Part shown: positions 26,199-35,947 of the stretch, in pieces
Position numbering within the stretch: position 1 is the stretch's first letter
Layout of the letters: the number at the start of each line of letters is the position of its first letter
Origin: Bdellovibrionales bacterium
GTDB lineage: Bacteria > Bdellovibrionota > Bdellovibrionia > Bdellovibrionales > JAMPXM01
Direction of reading: 5' to 3'
DNA length: 60,221 bases
NCBI GenBank assembly: GCA_043746635.1
Contig: JAYTQQ010000160.1
Coordinates: 1-60,221 of the forward strand
Translations under genes and position numbers: made by a program
Notes under the pieces: model-generated
What the model was told of the DNA's origin: nothing
Seen by the model: only the letters and a program-made list of their open reading frames with translations
Database searches by the model: none

Positions 26199-27602
26199 CT
26201 ATTTAACATCAGGATCTGGAAGCTCATCATCTTTTTTCATGAAGCGAGGAGCAATGCCGACTTTGTTTTCTTGGCGCGCCCGCGCGATCGCGAGCGACTT
26301 CTCGGGAACATCCTTTGTGATGGTCGAACCACTTGCGATCAAAGAGTCGTTGCCGATTTCGACGGGTGCCACAAACTGGGTATCGCTACCGACAAAAACA
26401 CGATCGCCAATTTTAGTTCGATATTTCTTTTTATCGGCGGCGTAATTACAAGTAATGGTGCCGCAGCCGATGTTCACGTCTTCGCCGATACTCGCATCGC
26501 CAAGGTATGAAAGGTGACCGGCTTTTGAGCGTGCTCCGAATTTTGTTTTCTTAAGTTCAACGAAATTTCCGATGTGGGCTTCGACGCCAATTTCAGAGCC
26601 TGGTCTAAGATGGGCGTAGGGCCCGATCGACGCACGAGCCGAAACAATGGCCTGCTCCATATAGGTGCCGGCCTTAATGTGAACGCCATCGTCGATACGC
26701 GTGTGGGCGATATAACAATTCGGTTCGAGAACGCAGTAAGCCCCGATTTGGGTACGGCCTCTCAGGTAAACTCCTGGATAGAGCACGCTGCCGGGACCAA
26801 CGAAACATTCTTCTTCGACGTAAGTCGTTTTTGGGTCGATAAACAAAACGCCCTCGGCCATAAGCTCTTCGCGTTTACGTTTAAACAAAACTCCCGTTGC
26901 GGTTGCGAGTTCGAGTTGGTTGTTCACGCCAAATGCGACGTGTGGCTTTGTTTTGATCGCTACGATCTTCTCGCCCTCATTCTTACAAACTTCAATCAGG
27001 TCGGTGAGATAAAATTCTTGTTTTGAGTTTTGATTTTTGATTTTCGGTAAATATTCGGTGAGAACTTCAGACTTAGTAACGTAGATGCCGCTGTTAACCT
27101 CGCGAATTTTGAGAGTATCTCCGCCGGCGTCTCCGGTTTCGACGATCGAATGAAGTTCACCTTGATGTCTGACAATACGACCGAGACTGCCCGGATTTTT
27201 AAGTTCGGCAGTGACAACAGCAAGCGCGCACGAGCTTTCATGAAACTCCGTGAGAATTTTTTCGATATCTTTGGCCAAAATTAAAGGGTGATCGCCATTC
27301 AAGATGAGTACTGTCCCTTGAAAAGTTTTTGGTTCCGCCGCCTTCACGGCATCGGCAGTGCCGAGCTGTTTCGTCTGGACGAAACAGCTGACGCCCATGG
27401 GCTCAACGACTTTTCGAACAAGACTTTCACCATGCCCGAGTACGATTCTGATTTCGTTTGCCCCGGCGGCCTTTGCCGCATCGATGACTTTTTTAATCAT
27501 CGGAGTGCCGGCGACAGGATGCAGGACTTTAGGCAAGGGAGATTTCATTCTCGTCCCTTTACCGGCTGCTAAAATGATAACTGAAAATTCTTTTTTTGTC
27601 AT
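26199..27602 (-). CDS. glmU: bifunctional UDP-N-acetylglucosamine diphosphorylase / glucosamine-1-phosphate N-acetyltransferase
   Basis: ILAAGKGTRMKS nucleotidyltransferase motif plus C-terminal left-handed beta-helix hexapeptide repeats. Lies 8 nt upstream of glmS. Confidence 0.95.
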   Translation of the reverse strand: MTKKEFSVIILAAGKGTRMKSPLPKVLHPVAGTPMIKKVIDAAKAAGANEIRIVLGHGESLVRKVVEPMGVSCFVQTKQLGTADAVKAAEPKTFQGTVLILNGDHPLILAKDIEKILTEFHESSCALAVVTAELKNPGSLGRIVRHQGELHSIVETGDAGGDTLKIREVNSGIYVTKSEVLTEYLPKIKNQNSKQEFYLTDLIEVCKNEGEKIVAIKTKPHVAFGVNNQLELATATGVLFKRKREELMAEGVLFIDPKTTYVEEECFVGPGSVLYPGVYLRGRTQIGAYCVLEPNCYIAHTRIDDGVHIKAGTYMEQAIVSARASIGPYAHLRPGSEIGVEAHIGNFVELKKTKFGARSKAGHLSYLGDASIGEDVNIGCGTITCNYAADKKKYRTKIGDRVFVGSDTQFVAPVEIGNDSLIASGSTITKDVPEKSLAIARARQENKVGIAPRFMKKDDELPDPDVK

Positions 27603-27659
27603 TGGCCAAGCCTAATCGCAACTCGACAACTTGGTCAAGATTCGAGTACTCTAAGCGAA

Positions 27660-28340
27660 ATGATTTTCTCTCAAGATTGTTGGATAAAAACATCACTCCG
27701 AACTTGTGTGTCACTCTGCGCACAGAGTGAACTTGCGCACCTCAATAATCCGATCATTCTCATCGGCGGAGTTCACGGTGATGAGCCCGAAGGCGTACAC
27801 CTGGCTCGTGAAACCCTGCGCTGGCTGCGCTCTCAAGATCAATCTGAAATGACCGACTGGGTGGTGATTCCTTGTTTGAATATCGATGGATTCAATCGCA
27901 AACAGCGAGTGAACTCAAATGGAGTCGATCTGAATCGAAATTTTCCTTCTCGGGATTGGTCTCCAAAATTTGAAAAAGAACGCTACTTCCCAGGAGAAAA
28001 ACCCGGAACAGAGCTTGAAGTAAAGGCCCTTGTGAGTTTGATCTCAAGTCTTCAACCGAGACTTCTTATTCACTGTCATTCATGGCAACCTTGTATTGTG
28101 TATACTGGCGAGCGCGGCCGCCACGACAGTGAAAGACTTGCGCGTAGCTCTGGATACAAGGCGCAACCTGATATTGGTTACGCAACGCCCGGCAGCCTTG
28201 GTCAGTACGGCGGTTTCGATATCGATGTTCCGGTGATTTGCATTGAAGAACAAGAACAACTGACGAATTATTCTAAAATTTGGCCGCGGTTTGAAAGTGC
28301 GATGAAAGAAATTTTCACAGATCGATCGGATCGTAAATAA
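27660..28340 (+). CDS. M14-family zinc carboxypeptidase/amidase (MpaA-like), cytoplasmic
   Basis: GGVHGDEPEG (HxxE zinc site) ...NIDGF...GVDLNRNFP...HCHS. No signal peptide. Confidence 0.7.
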   Translation: MIFSQDCWIKTSLRTCVSLCAQSELAHLNNPIILIGGVHGDEPEGVHLARETLRWLRSQDQSEMTDWVVIPCLNIDGFNRKQRVNSNGVDLNRNFPSRDWSPKFEKERYFPGEKPGTELEVKALVSLISSLQPRLLIHCHSWQPCIVYTGERGRHDSERLARSSGYKAQPDIGYATPGSLGQYGGFDIDVPVICIEEQEQLTNYSKIWPRFESAMKEIFTDRSDRK

Positions 28341-29026
28341 TGTTTCATACTCTTATTTTTGACTTAGACGATACTCTTCTCGACACGAGCCGATTACTCA
28401 TTCCGCAGGCGGAGAGAGAATCTTGCATGGCGATGGTCAAAGCAGGCCTTTGTGCTGATCTCGAAACTTGCTTGCGCGTTCGAAAGAAATTAATCAAACA
28501 GAACTTAAGAACCCAAATTTTTGAAGCGACCGTAAATGAGCTTGGTGTTCGAGAAGGAATAAATTCGGTCGAAGTCGCAAAGGCGGGCAGCCGCGCTTTT
28601 TACGAGCGTGAAGTCGAGAGCGATATTTACCTTGAGCCCGAAGTGATGCGTTTACTCGAGAAAATGAAATCCAAATACGAATTATTTCTGGTGACGGCAG
28701 GATCAGTTAAAACCCAAAGGCAAAAAGTCGAAATTCTAAAGATTGCTCCGTTTTTTAAGAAACTGATTTATGTTGATCTGTCGATCGGGCAAACCAAGGC
28801 CCAGGCTTTTCAGCAGGTGAGTGAGCTCAGCAAAACTCCGCCCGAAAATATCTTAAGTATCGGCGATCGTATCGATACAGACGTCGCGGGTGCAAAAACC
28901 TTAGGAATGAAAACCTGCTGGGTTGTAAAAGGTGAGTTTGCAAAACTGATACCTCTGACGCCCGTTGAAGAGCCTGATTTTCGGGTCAAGCAAGTGACCG
29001 AAATCGAGACCGTATGTCAGCTGTAA
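28340..29026 (+). CDS. HAD-superfamily hydrolase
   Basis: Motif I LIFDLDDTLLDT, motif II LVTAGS, motif IV SIGDRIDTDVAG. TAATG overlap with the upstream gene. Confidence 0.8.
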   Translation: MFHTLIFDLDDTLLDTSRLLIPQAERESCMAMVKAGLCADLETCLRVRKKLIKQNLRTQIFEATVNELGVREGINSVEVAKAGSRAFYEREVESDIYLEPEVMRLLEKMKSKYELFLVTAGSVKTQRQKVEILKIAPFFKKLIYVDLSIGQTKAQAFQQVSELSKTPPENILSIGDRIDTDVAGAKTLGMKTCWVVKGEFAKLIPLTPVEEPDFRVKQVTEIETVCQL

Positions 29027-30915
29027 GACCAAGCGTTCTCATCATTTCGCATCCTGAGCCAAGCCAGGTTCACTTCGGAGCCGAATTCTTAGATAACCTC
29101 GAAGACCTTAAAAAGAATTTAGAATCTCATCATTTTCGCGTCGTGATCTATCCGACGCATCTTTTTAAGAAAAAAGAAAATCTAAAATACCTCGATATTC
29201 TCGAGGAGAATTTAAAAAACAGCCAAAAAATCTTGATTCATGACTGGCACACGGCGGAGTCTTCTAAAATTTTGTCTCGCATCATCAACCAAAGAAATCT
29301 TTTTAAAATATTACCTGATTTTTTACAAGACGAATTTGAGCTGAGCGTGCAGGGCGCATTAGCCGAGTACGATCTCGACCAACAAAACTTGAAATTAGTC
29401 GAACTGATAAATGAACAAAATGAAAATCTAAAACGTATTTCTCAAGAACTCGAAATTCGAGTGGAGAAGCGCCAACAACTGCTTGAAGAAAGTCGAAAAA
29501 AGCTACTTCTCACAAATAAGCGCCAGCAGTCTTTGCACTTATGCCTCTTCGCGGTTCACCGGGCAAATTCGATTGCGGAGCTTGAAAGTCTCCTCAACGA
29601 AGCCTTAAAAGAAACTCTTTCGCTCATTTCAACTCGTATCTTTTTTAAAAATTTTGCGAACATTCACGAACAGCAGTTTACCCAGTTCTCTTTGCATAAA
29701 GCTCCCATCATGAGCGAGCAACAAATATTTGGATTCATTTATTTTATTCGTGATTTGAAAATGCCTTTTCAAAGAGACGAAATTTCTTTCTTGGCGAAAG
29801 TGATCAAAGCCGTTTCGCTCGCCATCGACCGGCTGACCAAGCTCGAGCAAGCCGAGATATTTAAACAAGAATGGGATGCGACTTTCGACGCTATTCTTCA
29901 GCCCGTCAGTCTCGTCGACGAAAATTACCAAGTCTTGAGGGTGAATAAAACTTTTGCCGATCAAAGTAAAACCACCGCGAATGATATTATCGGGCGTAAA
30001 TGTTATGAAGTCTTTTTAGGTAAGAAACGTCCTTGCCGTAATTGCCAACTCGGGCACAGTTTTCGACTCGACCCTTTGAGAACACGTGATGGTCAAAACT
30101 CCGTCTTCGAAGTTTTTAGCCAAAACGTCAATCTCCCGAACCAAACTAAATCAGTTTACGTGAACATGTATAAAGACATGAGCACCCGCTTACGGTTCGA
30201 ACGTCAGATCGTTGAGAGTGCCAAGATTGCCGAACTCGGTATCATTGGCAGTAGCATTGCCCACGAACTCAATAATCCGGTGGGCGGGATTATATCGTTC
30301 TTGCAGCTCATCAAAATGGATCTTAAAGGTGACGAAAATTTTTACTCCGATATTATCGAGATGGAAAAGGGCGCTCTTCGCTGCAAAGACATCATTCAAA
30401 ATCTATTGGGCTTTACACGTAAATCCGGAATGGAAGAACTTGATCGAGTCGATTTCAAAAAAATTGTTTCGCAAGTTTTAAAAATTGTCGAGATCCAAAC
30501 GAGATCTCAGGGTTTAGTTATTCATACCGAGATGATTGACGAAGATGCCATTATCAATGGCCGCAGCACCTTTCTCTCGCAGGCGTTGCAAGAGATTCTC
30601 AATCAGGGCATGAGCTCATTTAAGACAGAAGAAAATGGCGCAGCGATCTTTCGCGGAGAGATTTCGCTTAAGCTTCTCTCTGATGAAAACGAGTTTAGAG
30701 TTGAAATTCTTTTCGTTAAAAAGCCGAACCTACAATCGATCATAAAATCAGGACTAGTCGCTGAAAAAGACGATGCTGGTCTGGGAATGGCATTCGATAT
30801 AATCCGCGAGCATGGCGGAGAGCTCGAGTTTTTGACCCCCGACGATCATCAGATCCTGGCAAAAATTTCCGTGCCGAAAATTTCTCTAAATGAAGACGAA
30901 TCTCTGCGATCTTAG
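29014..30915 (+). CDS. cytoplasmic sensor histidine kinase (pseudo-receiver-like N-terminus, coiled coil, GAF-like, PAS with Cys cluster, HisKA, HATPase)
   Basis: H-box GSSIAHELNNPVGGI. PAS region with KCYEVFLGKKRPCRNCQLGH. G2-like box GLGMAFDIIREHGGELEF. No TM helices. 13-nt overlap with the HAD gene. Confidence 0.85.
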   Translation: MSAVRPSVLIISHPEPSQVHFGAEFLDNLEDLKKNLESHHFRVVIYPTHLFKKKENLKYLDILEENLKNSQKILIHDWHTAESSKILSRIINQRNLFKILPDFLQDEFELSVQGALAEYDLDQQNLKLVELINEQNENLKRISQELEIRVEKRQQLLEESRKKLLLTNKRQQSLHLCLFAVHRANSIAELESLLNEALKETLSLISTRIFFKNFANIHEQQFTQFSLHKAPIMSEQQIFGFIYFIRDLKMPFQRDEISFLAKVIKAVSLAIDRLTKLEQAEIFKQEWDATFDAILQPVSLVDENYQVLRVNKTFADQSKTTANDIIGRKCYEVFLGKKRPCRNCQLGHSFRLDPLRTRDGQNSVFEVFSQNVNLPNQTKSVYVNMYKDMSTRLRFERQIVESAKIAELGIIGSSIAHELNNPVGGIISFLQLIKMDLKGDENFYSDIIEMEKGALRCKDIIQNLLGFTRKSGMEELDRVDFKKIVSQVLKIVEIQTRSQGLVIHTEMIDEDAIINGRSTFLSQALQEILNQGMSSFKTEENGAAIFRGEISLKLLSDENEFRVEILFVKKPNLQSIIKSGLVAEKDDAGLGMAFDIIREHGGELEFLTPDDHQILAKISVPKISLNEDESLRS

Positions 30916-31104
30916 ATACTTGTCTTCTGTTCATTTTTTTCTGAGCATTTTAATCAAGCAAAACTAGATGTCCTGAAACCCGCTCTAGGACCAATTTTTT
31001 GACGGGAGACTTTGACGCCGCCAAAAAATCGTTTACCATAAAAGAGTATTCAAAAAGGATTTCTTTGATGGAAGTCCGAAAGAACCCCAGGAAGGGATGC
31101 TTTG

Positions 31105-32508
31105 ATGAAGTTGCAAAGAATCTTGATTGTAGACGACGAATCATCACTCAGGACTGCGCTCTTTCGCGTCCTCGACCGTCAAGGCTACCAGGTGATCACT
31201 GCTACGAACTGTAAAGAGGCCGAGCAGCTCTCGCAAAGCGATCTGGCTATTGATCTGGCTCTTATTGATTTAAAACTTCCAGATGGCGATGGCATCGAGC
31301 TCATGCAAGCTCTTAAAACTTTGCATCCAAATATTCAGGTCATTATATTAACCGGTTTCGGAACCATCGAAACGGCAGTTCGGGCTACCCAGTGCGGAGC
31401 TTTTCATTTCGTGCCAAAACCATTCAATATGGAAGAGCTTAATTCTCTCGTTGGTCGTGCTCTTTCTCATAAAACTCTCCAGCAAGAAAATTTACAACTT
31501 CGCTCGGCGCTCTCAAAAAAATATCGCTTCGACAATATCATTGGGCAGAGTGATGAAATTCGCCGAGTCCTTCAGATGGTTGAGCGCGTGGCTGATTCAG
31601 ACTCCACCGTTTTGATCGCTGGCGAAAGCGGAACCGGAAAAGAACTCGTTGCGAAAGCGATTCATTACAATTCGAATCGCGCAGCAAAGGCATTTGTGCC
31701 AATCAATTGCGGAGCGATTCCGAGTGAGTTATTAGAGAGTGAACTTTTCGGTCATATTAAAGGTGCTTTCACCGGTGCGGTTGCAAATCGCGTTGGTCGT
31801 TTTGAACTTGCCAGCGGCGGAACTATTTTCTTAGACGAAATCGGCGAGCTCAGTCTGAATCTTCAAGTAAAGTTGTTACGGGTTTTACAAGAGCGAAAAT
31901 TCGAACCCGTCGGAAGTGCGAAAACTCAGAACGCCGAAGTACGTGTGATCGCTGCGACAAACGTGAATCTCGAAAAAGCAGTAGCGAAAGGCCTATTTAG
32001 AGAAGACCTTTATTATCGTTTGAACGTCATTCCGATAGAGATTCCGGCGTTGAAGCAAAGACGTTCTGACATTCCAATTTTGCTCCATCATTTTATCGCG
32101 CATTTTAACAAAACAAAGAATCGCAACATCACCGGAATTTCTTCAGAAGCTCTTCAGTGTTTATTTGAATATGCTTGGCCGGGAAATATTCGCGAGCTCG
32201 AAAATTTGGTTGAACGCTTAGCGATTCTCAAAGGCGAAGGCTTAGTCGATGTCGCCGATCTTCCGGCCCAGTATAAGATTGCAGATGAATCCGATCTAGG
32301 AATGGGCGCGGGTCTCTCGTTACCAGAGCTCGGAATGGATTTTAATTCAGCCGTCGACGCTTACGAAAATGCATTGATCATGCAAGCTCTCGAACGCACC
32401 GGCTGGAATCGCAATCAAGCTGCGACTCTTCTCAAACTCAATCGCACAACGCTTGTTGAGAAGATTAAGAAAAAAGGTTTACGTCCGCCGCCAGAAGCAT
32501 CGGCTTAA
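31105..32508 (+). CDS. sigma-54-dependent response regulator (NtrC family)
   Basis: Receiver (ILIVDDE...DLKLPDGDG), AAA+ core with Walker A GESGTGKE and the sigma-54 contact loop GAFTGA, C-terminal HTH (NRNQAATLLKLNRTTL). ATG at 31105; the track start at 31102 is a TTG. Confidence 0.93.
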   Translation: MKLQRILIVDDESSLRTALFRVLDRQGYQVITATNCKEAEQLSQSDLAIDLALIDLKLPDGDGIELMQALKTLHPNIQVIILTGFGTIETAVRATQCGAFHFVPKPFNMEELNSLVGRALSHKTLQQENLQLRSALSKKYRFDNIIGQSDEIRRVLQMVERVADSDSTVLIAGESGTGKELVAKAIHYNSNRAAKAFVPINCGAIPSELLESELFGHIKGAFTGAVANRVGRFELASGGTIFLDEIGELSLNLQVKLLRVLQERKFEPVGSAKTQNAEVRVIAATNVNLEKAVAKGLFREDLYYRLNVIPIEIPALKQRRSDIPILLHHFIAHFNKTKNRNITGISSEALQCLFEYAWPGNIRELENLVERLAILKGEGLVDVADLPAQYKIADESDLGMGAGLSLPELGMDFNSAVDAYENALIMQALERTGWNRNQAATLLKLNRTTLVEKIKKKGLRPPPEASA

Positions 32509-32523
32509 GTTTCAAAGGCAGCT

Positions 32524-32545
32524 CGGCGCCCCCGGCTCTGCGCCG
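32524..32545 (+). other. GC-rich hairpin just downstream of the response-regulator gene
   Basis: CGGCGC-cccccggctct-GCGCCG (6-bp GC stem) inside an unusually GC-rich ~70-nt patch. No T-tract follows, so terminator function is uncertain. Confidence 0.35.
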
Positions 32546-32734
32546 GCTAGGCACTTGGCACCCAAGCGTTTCACGGTCGGGATCATCCCTTGATTCAATC
32601 GTCTCGAAATGAAGCAGTTTATTTTATAGCGCCTTATTTTATTCAAAACGTTGATTTACGCAACATATGTCCTATTTCTTGTCGCTTTTAGGTCTGTTCT
32701 TGTCATCTTTTCAGGTACTTAGCCTAAGGTCCCG

Positions 32735-32750
32735 TGGCACTTTGTTTGCT
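32735..32750 (+). promoter_or_regulatory. sigma-54 promoter (-24/-12)
   Basis: TGGCAC-tttgt-TTGCT, an exact match to TGGCAC-N5-TTGCW. It lies 28 nt upstream of the ATG at 32778 (SD AAGGTG) and directly downstream of an NtrC-type activator gene. Confidence 0.7.
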
Positions 32751-32777
32751 CTATTAGAGTACAAAGGCAAGGTGTGA

Positions 32778-33392
32778 ATGAACAGAGCTAAAGGATTGAA
32801 AGTCTTAAATTTCATAGTAGGAATCCAGCTCTTATCAGCTCAGCTTTTCGCGAGTATTCCGAATCGCGATCAGGGCGTTGCCATCGATTTTAGCCTCACA
32901 AGTTCTTACTCTCAAAATGGCATTGATTTTAGTCGCATTGGCCAGGTTTTTCCGTATGAGGATATCTCTTACGCCGATGTTTCACGTCTTGTTCCGACGG
33001 ATATTCCGGCGACGGCATCAGGCGGCCAAGTGGCTTCTCAAATTGCCGATAAAGGCATGCAAGCCTATTTCAATTCTGATTCTTTCAAATCAACTAGCAT
33101 TGGTAAAACTTCTCACAGCGTTGAAAAGTCATTGAAGCAAGACGTGACGATTGGTGGATCTGAGCCAGATGCTATAAAACATAATTTCAGATTCAATATG
33201 CAAGCCACACAAGCCAAAGCCATGCTCGACTACACCGGCTATACAAATGCACAGCTCTCTTACAAAGCTTCGGGGCAAGAACTCAATCTCGAAATTTTTC
33301 GCCAACTCACTCAAAGCATGAAAATAGCATACAACCATATCAATAATCCAACCGATCAACGTGATGTCGTCAGCCTCAAGTTCGGTTTTTAA
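32778..33392 (+). CDS. secreted hypothetical protein, possible small outer-membrane protein
   Basis: 204 aa, signal peptide (IVGIQLLSAQLFA), ends in ...VVSLKFGF (OMP-like C-terminal Phe). No family recognised. Confidence 0.6.
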   Translation: MNRAKGLKVLNFIVGIQLLSAQLFASIPNRDQGVAIDFSLTSSYSQNGIDFSRIGQVFPYEDISYADVSRLVPTDIPATASGGQVASQIADKGMQAYFNSDSFKSTSIGKTSHSVEKSLKQDVTIGGSEPDAIKHNFRFNMQATQAKAMLDYTGYTNAQLSYKASGQELNLEIFRQLTQSMKIAYNHINNPTDQRDVVSLKFGF

Positions 33393-34639
33393 TTTTTTCC
33401 GATGTCCTTTCGAAAATGCATTCCGACAGACTCAATCTTTGAAGCTAAATCGTAAGCCTTCGCGCGAGAGTCTACGCGAGTAGAAGCAATTCCTAGAGCG
33501 TTGAGAACGCGTCCGCCGCTGGTAACCCACTCGCCTCGATCATTGCGACGAGTGCCCGCGTGCAATAGATATTGCGACTCAGACGCCTCGGTAAAACCCT
33601 CAATCAAAACATCTCTTTTTGGATTTTCCGGATAATTTTCTGCGGCTAAGACAATGCAGGTCGCAAATAGATCTAGATGCCATTTGAGAGAAGGTACGAC
33701 TCCGTTGGATATTTTTAAAAAGACGTCTGCCCAATCTCCGTCGAGGAGTGGCAAGATCACTTGCGTCTCAGGATCTCCGAAGCGGGTATTAAATTCGAGA
33801 ACGCTCGGCCCATCTTTGGTGATCATGAGGCCGATGAAAAGAACTCCGCGGTAAAAAAGATTTTGATTTTGAAGTTCATTCATCGTTGGGGCCAACACGA
33901 GCTCACGAATTTGAGCTTCAAGGCGAGCGTCGATTTTCATTGGGGCCGTCGTACCCATTCCTCCGGTATTGGGGCCTTCGTCGGCATCTCTGAGGCGCTT
34001 ATGATCTTGCGCCAGGGGCAAAGTCTCGTAGCTCACACCATTCGTCAGGACCAAATAGCTAAGTTCATATCCTGGAGAAAATTCTTCAAGCAACGCTCGG
34101 GAACCCGCGTCTCCTAAAATTTTGTGAACAAATAAATCTTCAGCGGCCTCTTTTAAACTATCGAGGGTCTTGCAAATGTAGACCCCTTTACCTGCGGCAA
34201 GACCATCTGCTTTTAAAACATAAGGTGAATTCGTTAATGTGGCAGCCTTGGCTACTTCGGCGACGGAACTTACGATCCAAGACCTCGCCGTCGGAATTTT
34301 TGCCTTGAGCATAAATTCTTTTGAAATGATCTTGCTCGACTCAAGCTCCGACGCTCTTTGGCTCGGCCCAAATACTTTTATATTTTTGGTTCGCAAGAAA
34401 TCACTGAGGCCTTCAGCTAAAGGAACTTCTGGACCGATCACGACGCATGCCACTTTTTCTTTCAAGGCGAATTCTGCTACTTCGGCATGATTTTGGGGAG
34501 AGATTTTTTGGCTGACGGCAAATTCATTCATGCCGTCACTTCCTGGAATTGCGAAAATCTTTGAAACAAGGCGAGACGCACTGAGCGCTCTGGCAATCGC
34601 ATGTTCTCTGCCGCCGGACCCAATAATTAAAAAATTCAT
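33389..34639 (-). CDS. purD: phosphoribosylamine--glycine ligase
   Basis: MNFLIIGSGGREHAIA...ATP-grasp core...GPNTGGMG...RFGDPETQ. 416 aa. Confidence 0.95.
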   Translation of the reverse strand: MNFLIIGSGGREHAIARALSASRLVSKIFAIPGSDGMNEFAVSQKISPQNHAEVAEFALKEKVACVVIGPEVPLAEGLSDFLRTKNIKVFGPSQRASELESSKIISKEFMLKAKIPTARSWIVSSVAEVAKAATLTNSPYVLKADGLAAGKGVYICKTLDSLKEAAEDLFVHKILGDAGSRALLEEFSPGYELSYLVLTNGVSYETLPLAQDHKRLRDADEGPNTGGMGTTAPMKIDARLEAQIRELVLAPTMNELQNQNLFYRGVLFIGLMITKDGPSVLEFNTRFGDPETQVILPLLDGDWADVFLKISNGVVPSLKWHLDLFATCIVLAAENYPENPKRDVLIEGFTEASESQYLLHAGTRRNDRGEWVTSGGRVLNALGIASTRVDSRAKAYDLASKIESVGMHFRKDIGKN

Positions 34640-34744
34640 GCACCCAAGATCGCTTTTTGAATGGTCTTAAGTCAACACGAGATTGACGAGTTTCGCTAGA
34701 CAACTTACGCTATCCAACAGAGATCATTTAGACACAAGGAATTT

Positions 34745-35929
34745 ATGGAAAATATTGTTATTGTATCAGGTCAAAGAACTGCTTTTGGTGCATTCGGCGG
34801 ATCACTCAAAGATGTCGGAGCAACCGCTCTTGCCGTCGCCGCGAGCAAAAAAGCGATGGAGCAAGCAAACGTTAAAGCGACCGACATCGATCACGTCGTA
34901 TTCGGAAATGTCGTGCAGAGTGGCGCAGATGCGATCTACGTTCCTCGGCATATTGGTCTCCATTTAGGAATACCGGTGGATGTTCCCGCGTTGGGACTCA
35001 ACCGACTTTGCGGAAGCGGATTTCAAGCCTGGATCAGTGCCGCGCAAATGATTTTGACTGGCGAAGCAAATGTTGTCTTAGCGGGCGGCACTGAGCAGAT
35101 GTCGCAAATTCCATACATTTTGCGTGGAGCCCGTTTTGAAGGTTACCGCATGGGCAACGTTCAAGTCGAAGACTACCTGACGACTGCTTTGACAGATTCT
35201 TATTCGAATACAGCGATGGCGATTACGGCTGAAAATCTTGCAGAGAAATATGATATCTCTCGCAATGCGTGTGATGAGTATTCTTTTTTAACTCAATCTC
35301 GTTGTGCTGACGCTCTTAAGAAGGGATATTTCTTAGAAGAGATTGCGGCGGTTGAAGTGACCAATAAAAAAGGAACCGTGCAAGTGTCTCTCGATGAGCA
35401 TCCAAAACCAGATATCCCGATGGATAAAATTAAAAACTTAAAACCACTCTTTAAAAAAGATGGTCGAGTTACGGCGGCGACCGCATCAGGAATCGTCGAC
35501 GGAGCAGCCGCGAGTATCTTGATGACCGAAGCAGAGGCAAAAAAACGAGGTCTGAAACCTCTCGCAAAAATATTGAGCTGGGCATCGGTTGGATGTGATC
35601 CAAAAATTATGGGAATAGGCCCTGTCGGCGCCATTAAAAAAGCGCTCGCGAAAGCAAATATGACCCTTAAACAAATGGATCTTGTCGAAGTCAACGAAGC
35701 ATTTGCCGCACAATTTTTATCGGTCGAAAAAGAATTGGGTCTTGATCGTGCGCGTACGAACGTCAATGGTGGCGCGATCGCGATTGGTCACCCTCTCGCC
35801 GCGAGCGGAACGCGTATCATGAATCATCTTATGTACGAACTCTCTCGTAGAAATGCAAAATATGCAGTCGGCAGTGCTTGCGTAGGCGGCGGTCAAGGCG
35901 TTGCGATCGTGATTGAACGAATGACTTAA
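34745..35929 (+). CDS. acetyl-CoA C-acetyltransferase (thiolase II)
   Basis: NRLCGSG (active Cys), NEAFAAQ, NVNGGAIAIGHPLAASG, GSACVGGGQG. 394 aa. Confidence 0.93.
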   Translation: MENIVIVSGQRTAFGAFGGSLKDVGATALAVAASKKAMEQANVKATDIDHVVFGNVVQSGADAIYVPRHIGLHLGIPVDVPALGLNRLCGSGFQAWISAAQMILTGEANVVLAGGTEQMSQIPYILRGARFEGYRMGNVQVEDYLTTALTDSYSNTAMAITAENLAEKYDISRNACDEYSFLTQSRCADALKKGYFLEEIAAVEVTNKKGTVQVSLDEHPKPDIPMDKIKNLKPLFKKDGRVTAATASGIVDGAAASILMTEAEAKKRGLKPLAKILSWASVGCDPKIMGIGPVGAIKKALAKANMTLKQMDLVEVNEAFAAQFLSVEKELGLDRARTNVNGGAIAIGHPLAASGTRIMNHLMYELSRRNAKYAVGSACVGGGQGVAIVIERMT

Positions 35930-35947
35930 AAAAGGAAAGTAATCTCA

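Noticed and set aside
30970-31000. A terminator between the histidine kinase and response-regulator genes (GTCCT...AGGAC followed by a T-run).
   Set aside because: The stem is only 5 bp with a 12-nt loop, which is too weak to call. The 186-nt gap may instead hold an internal promoter.
32556-32570. A second TGGCAC, within GGCACTTGGCAC, upstream of the consensus sigma-54 promoter.
   Set aside because: The position five nt downstream reads CGTT rather than TTGC, so GG-N10-GC spacing is not met. It is more likely part of the GC-rich hairpin patch or a regulator site.
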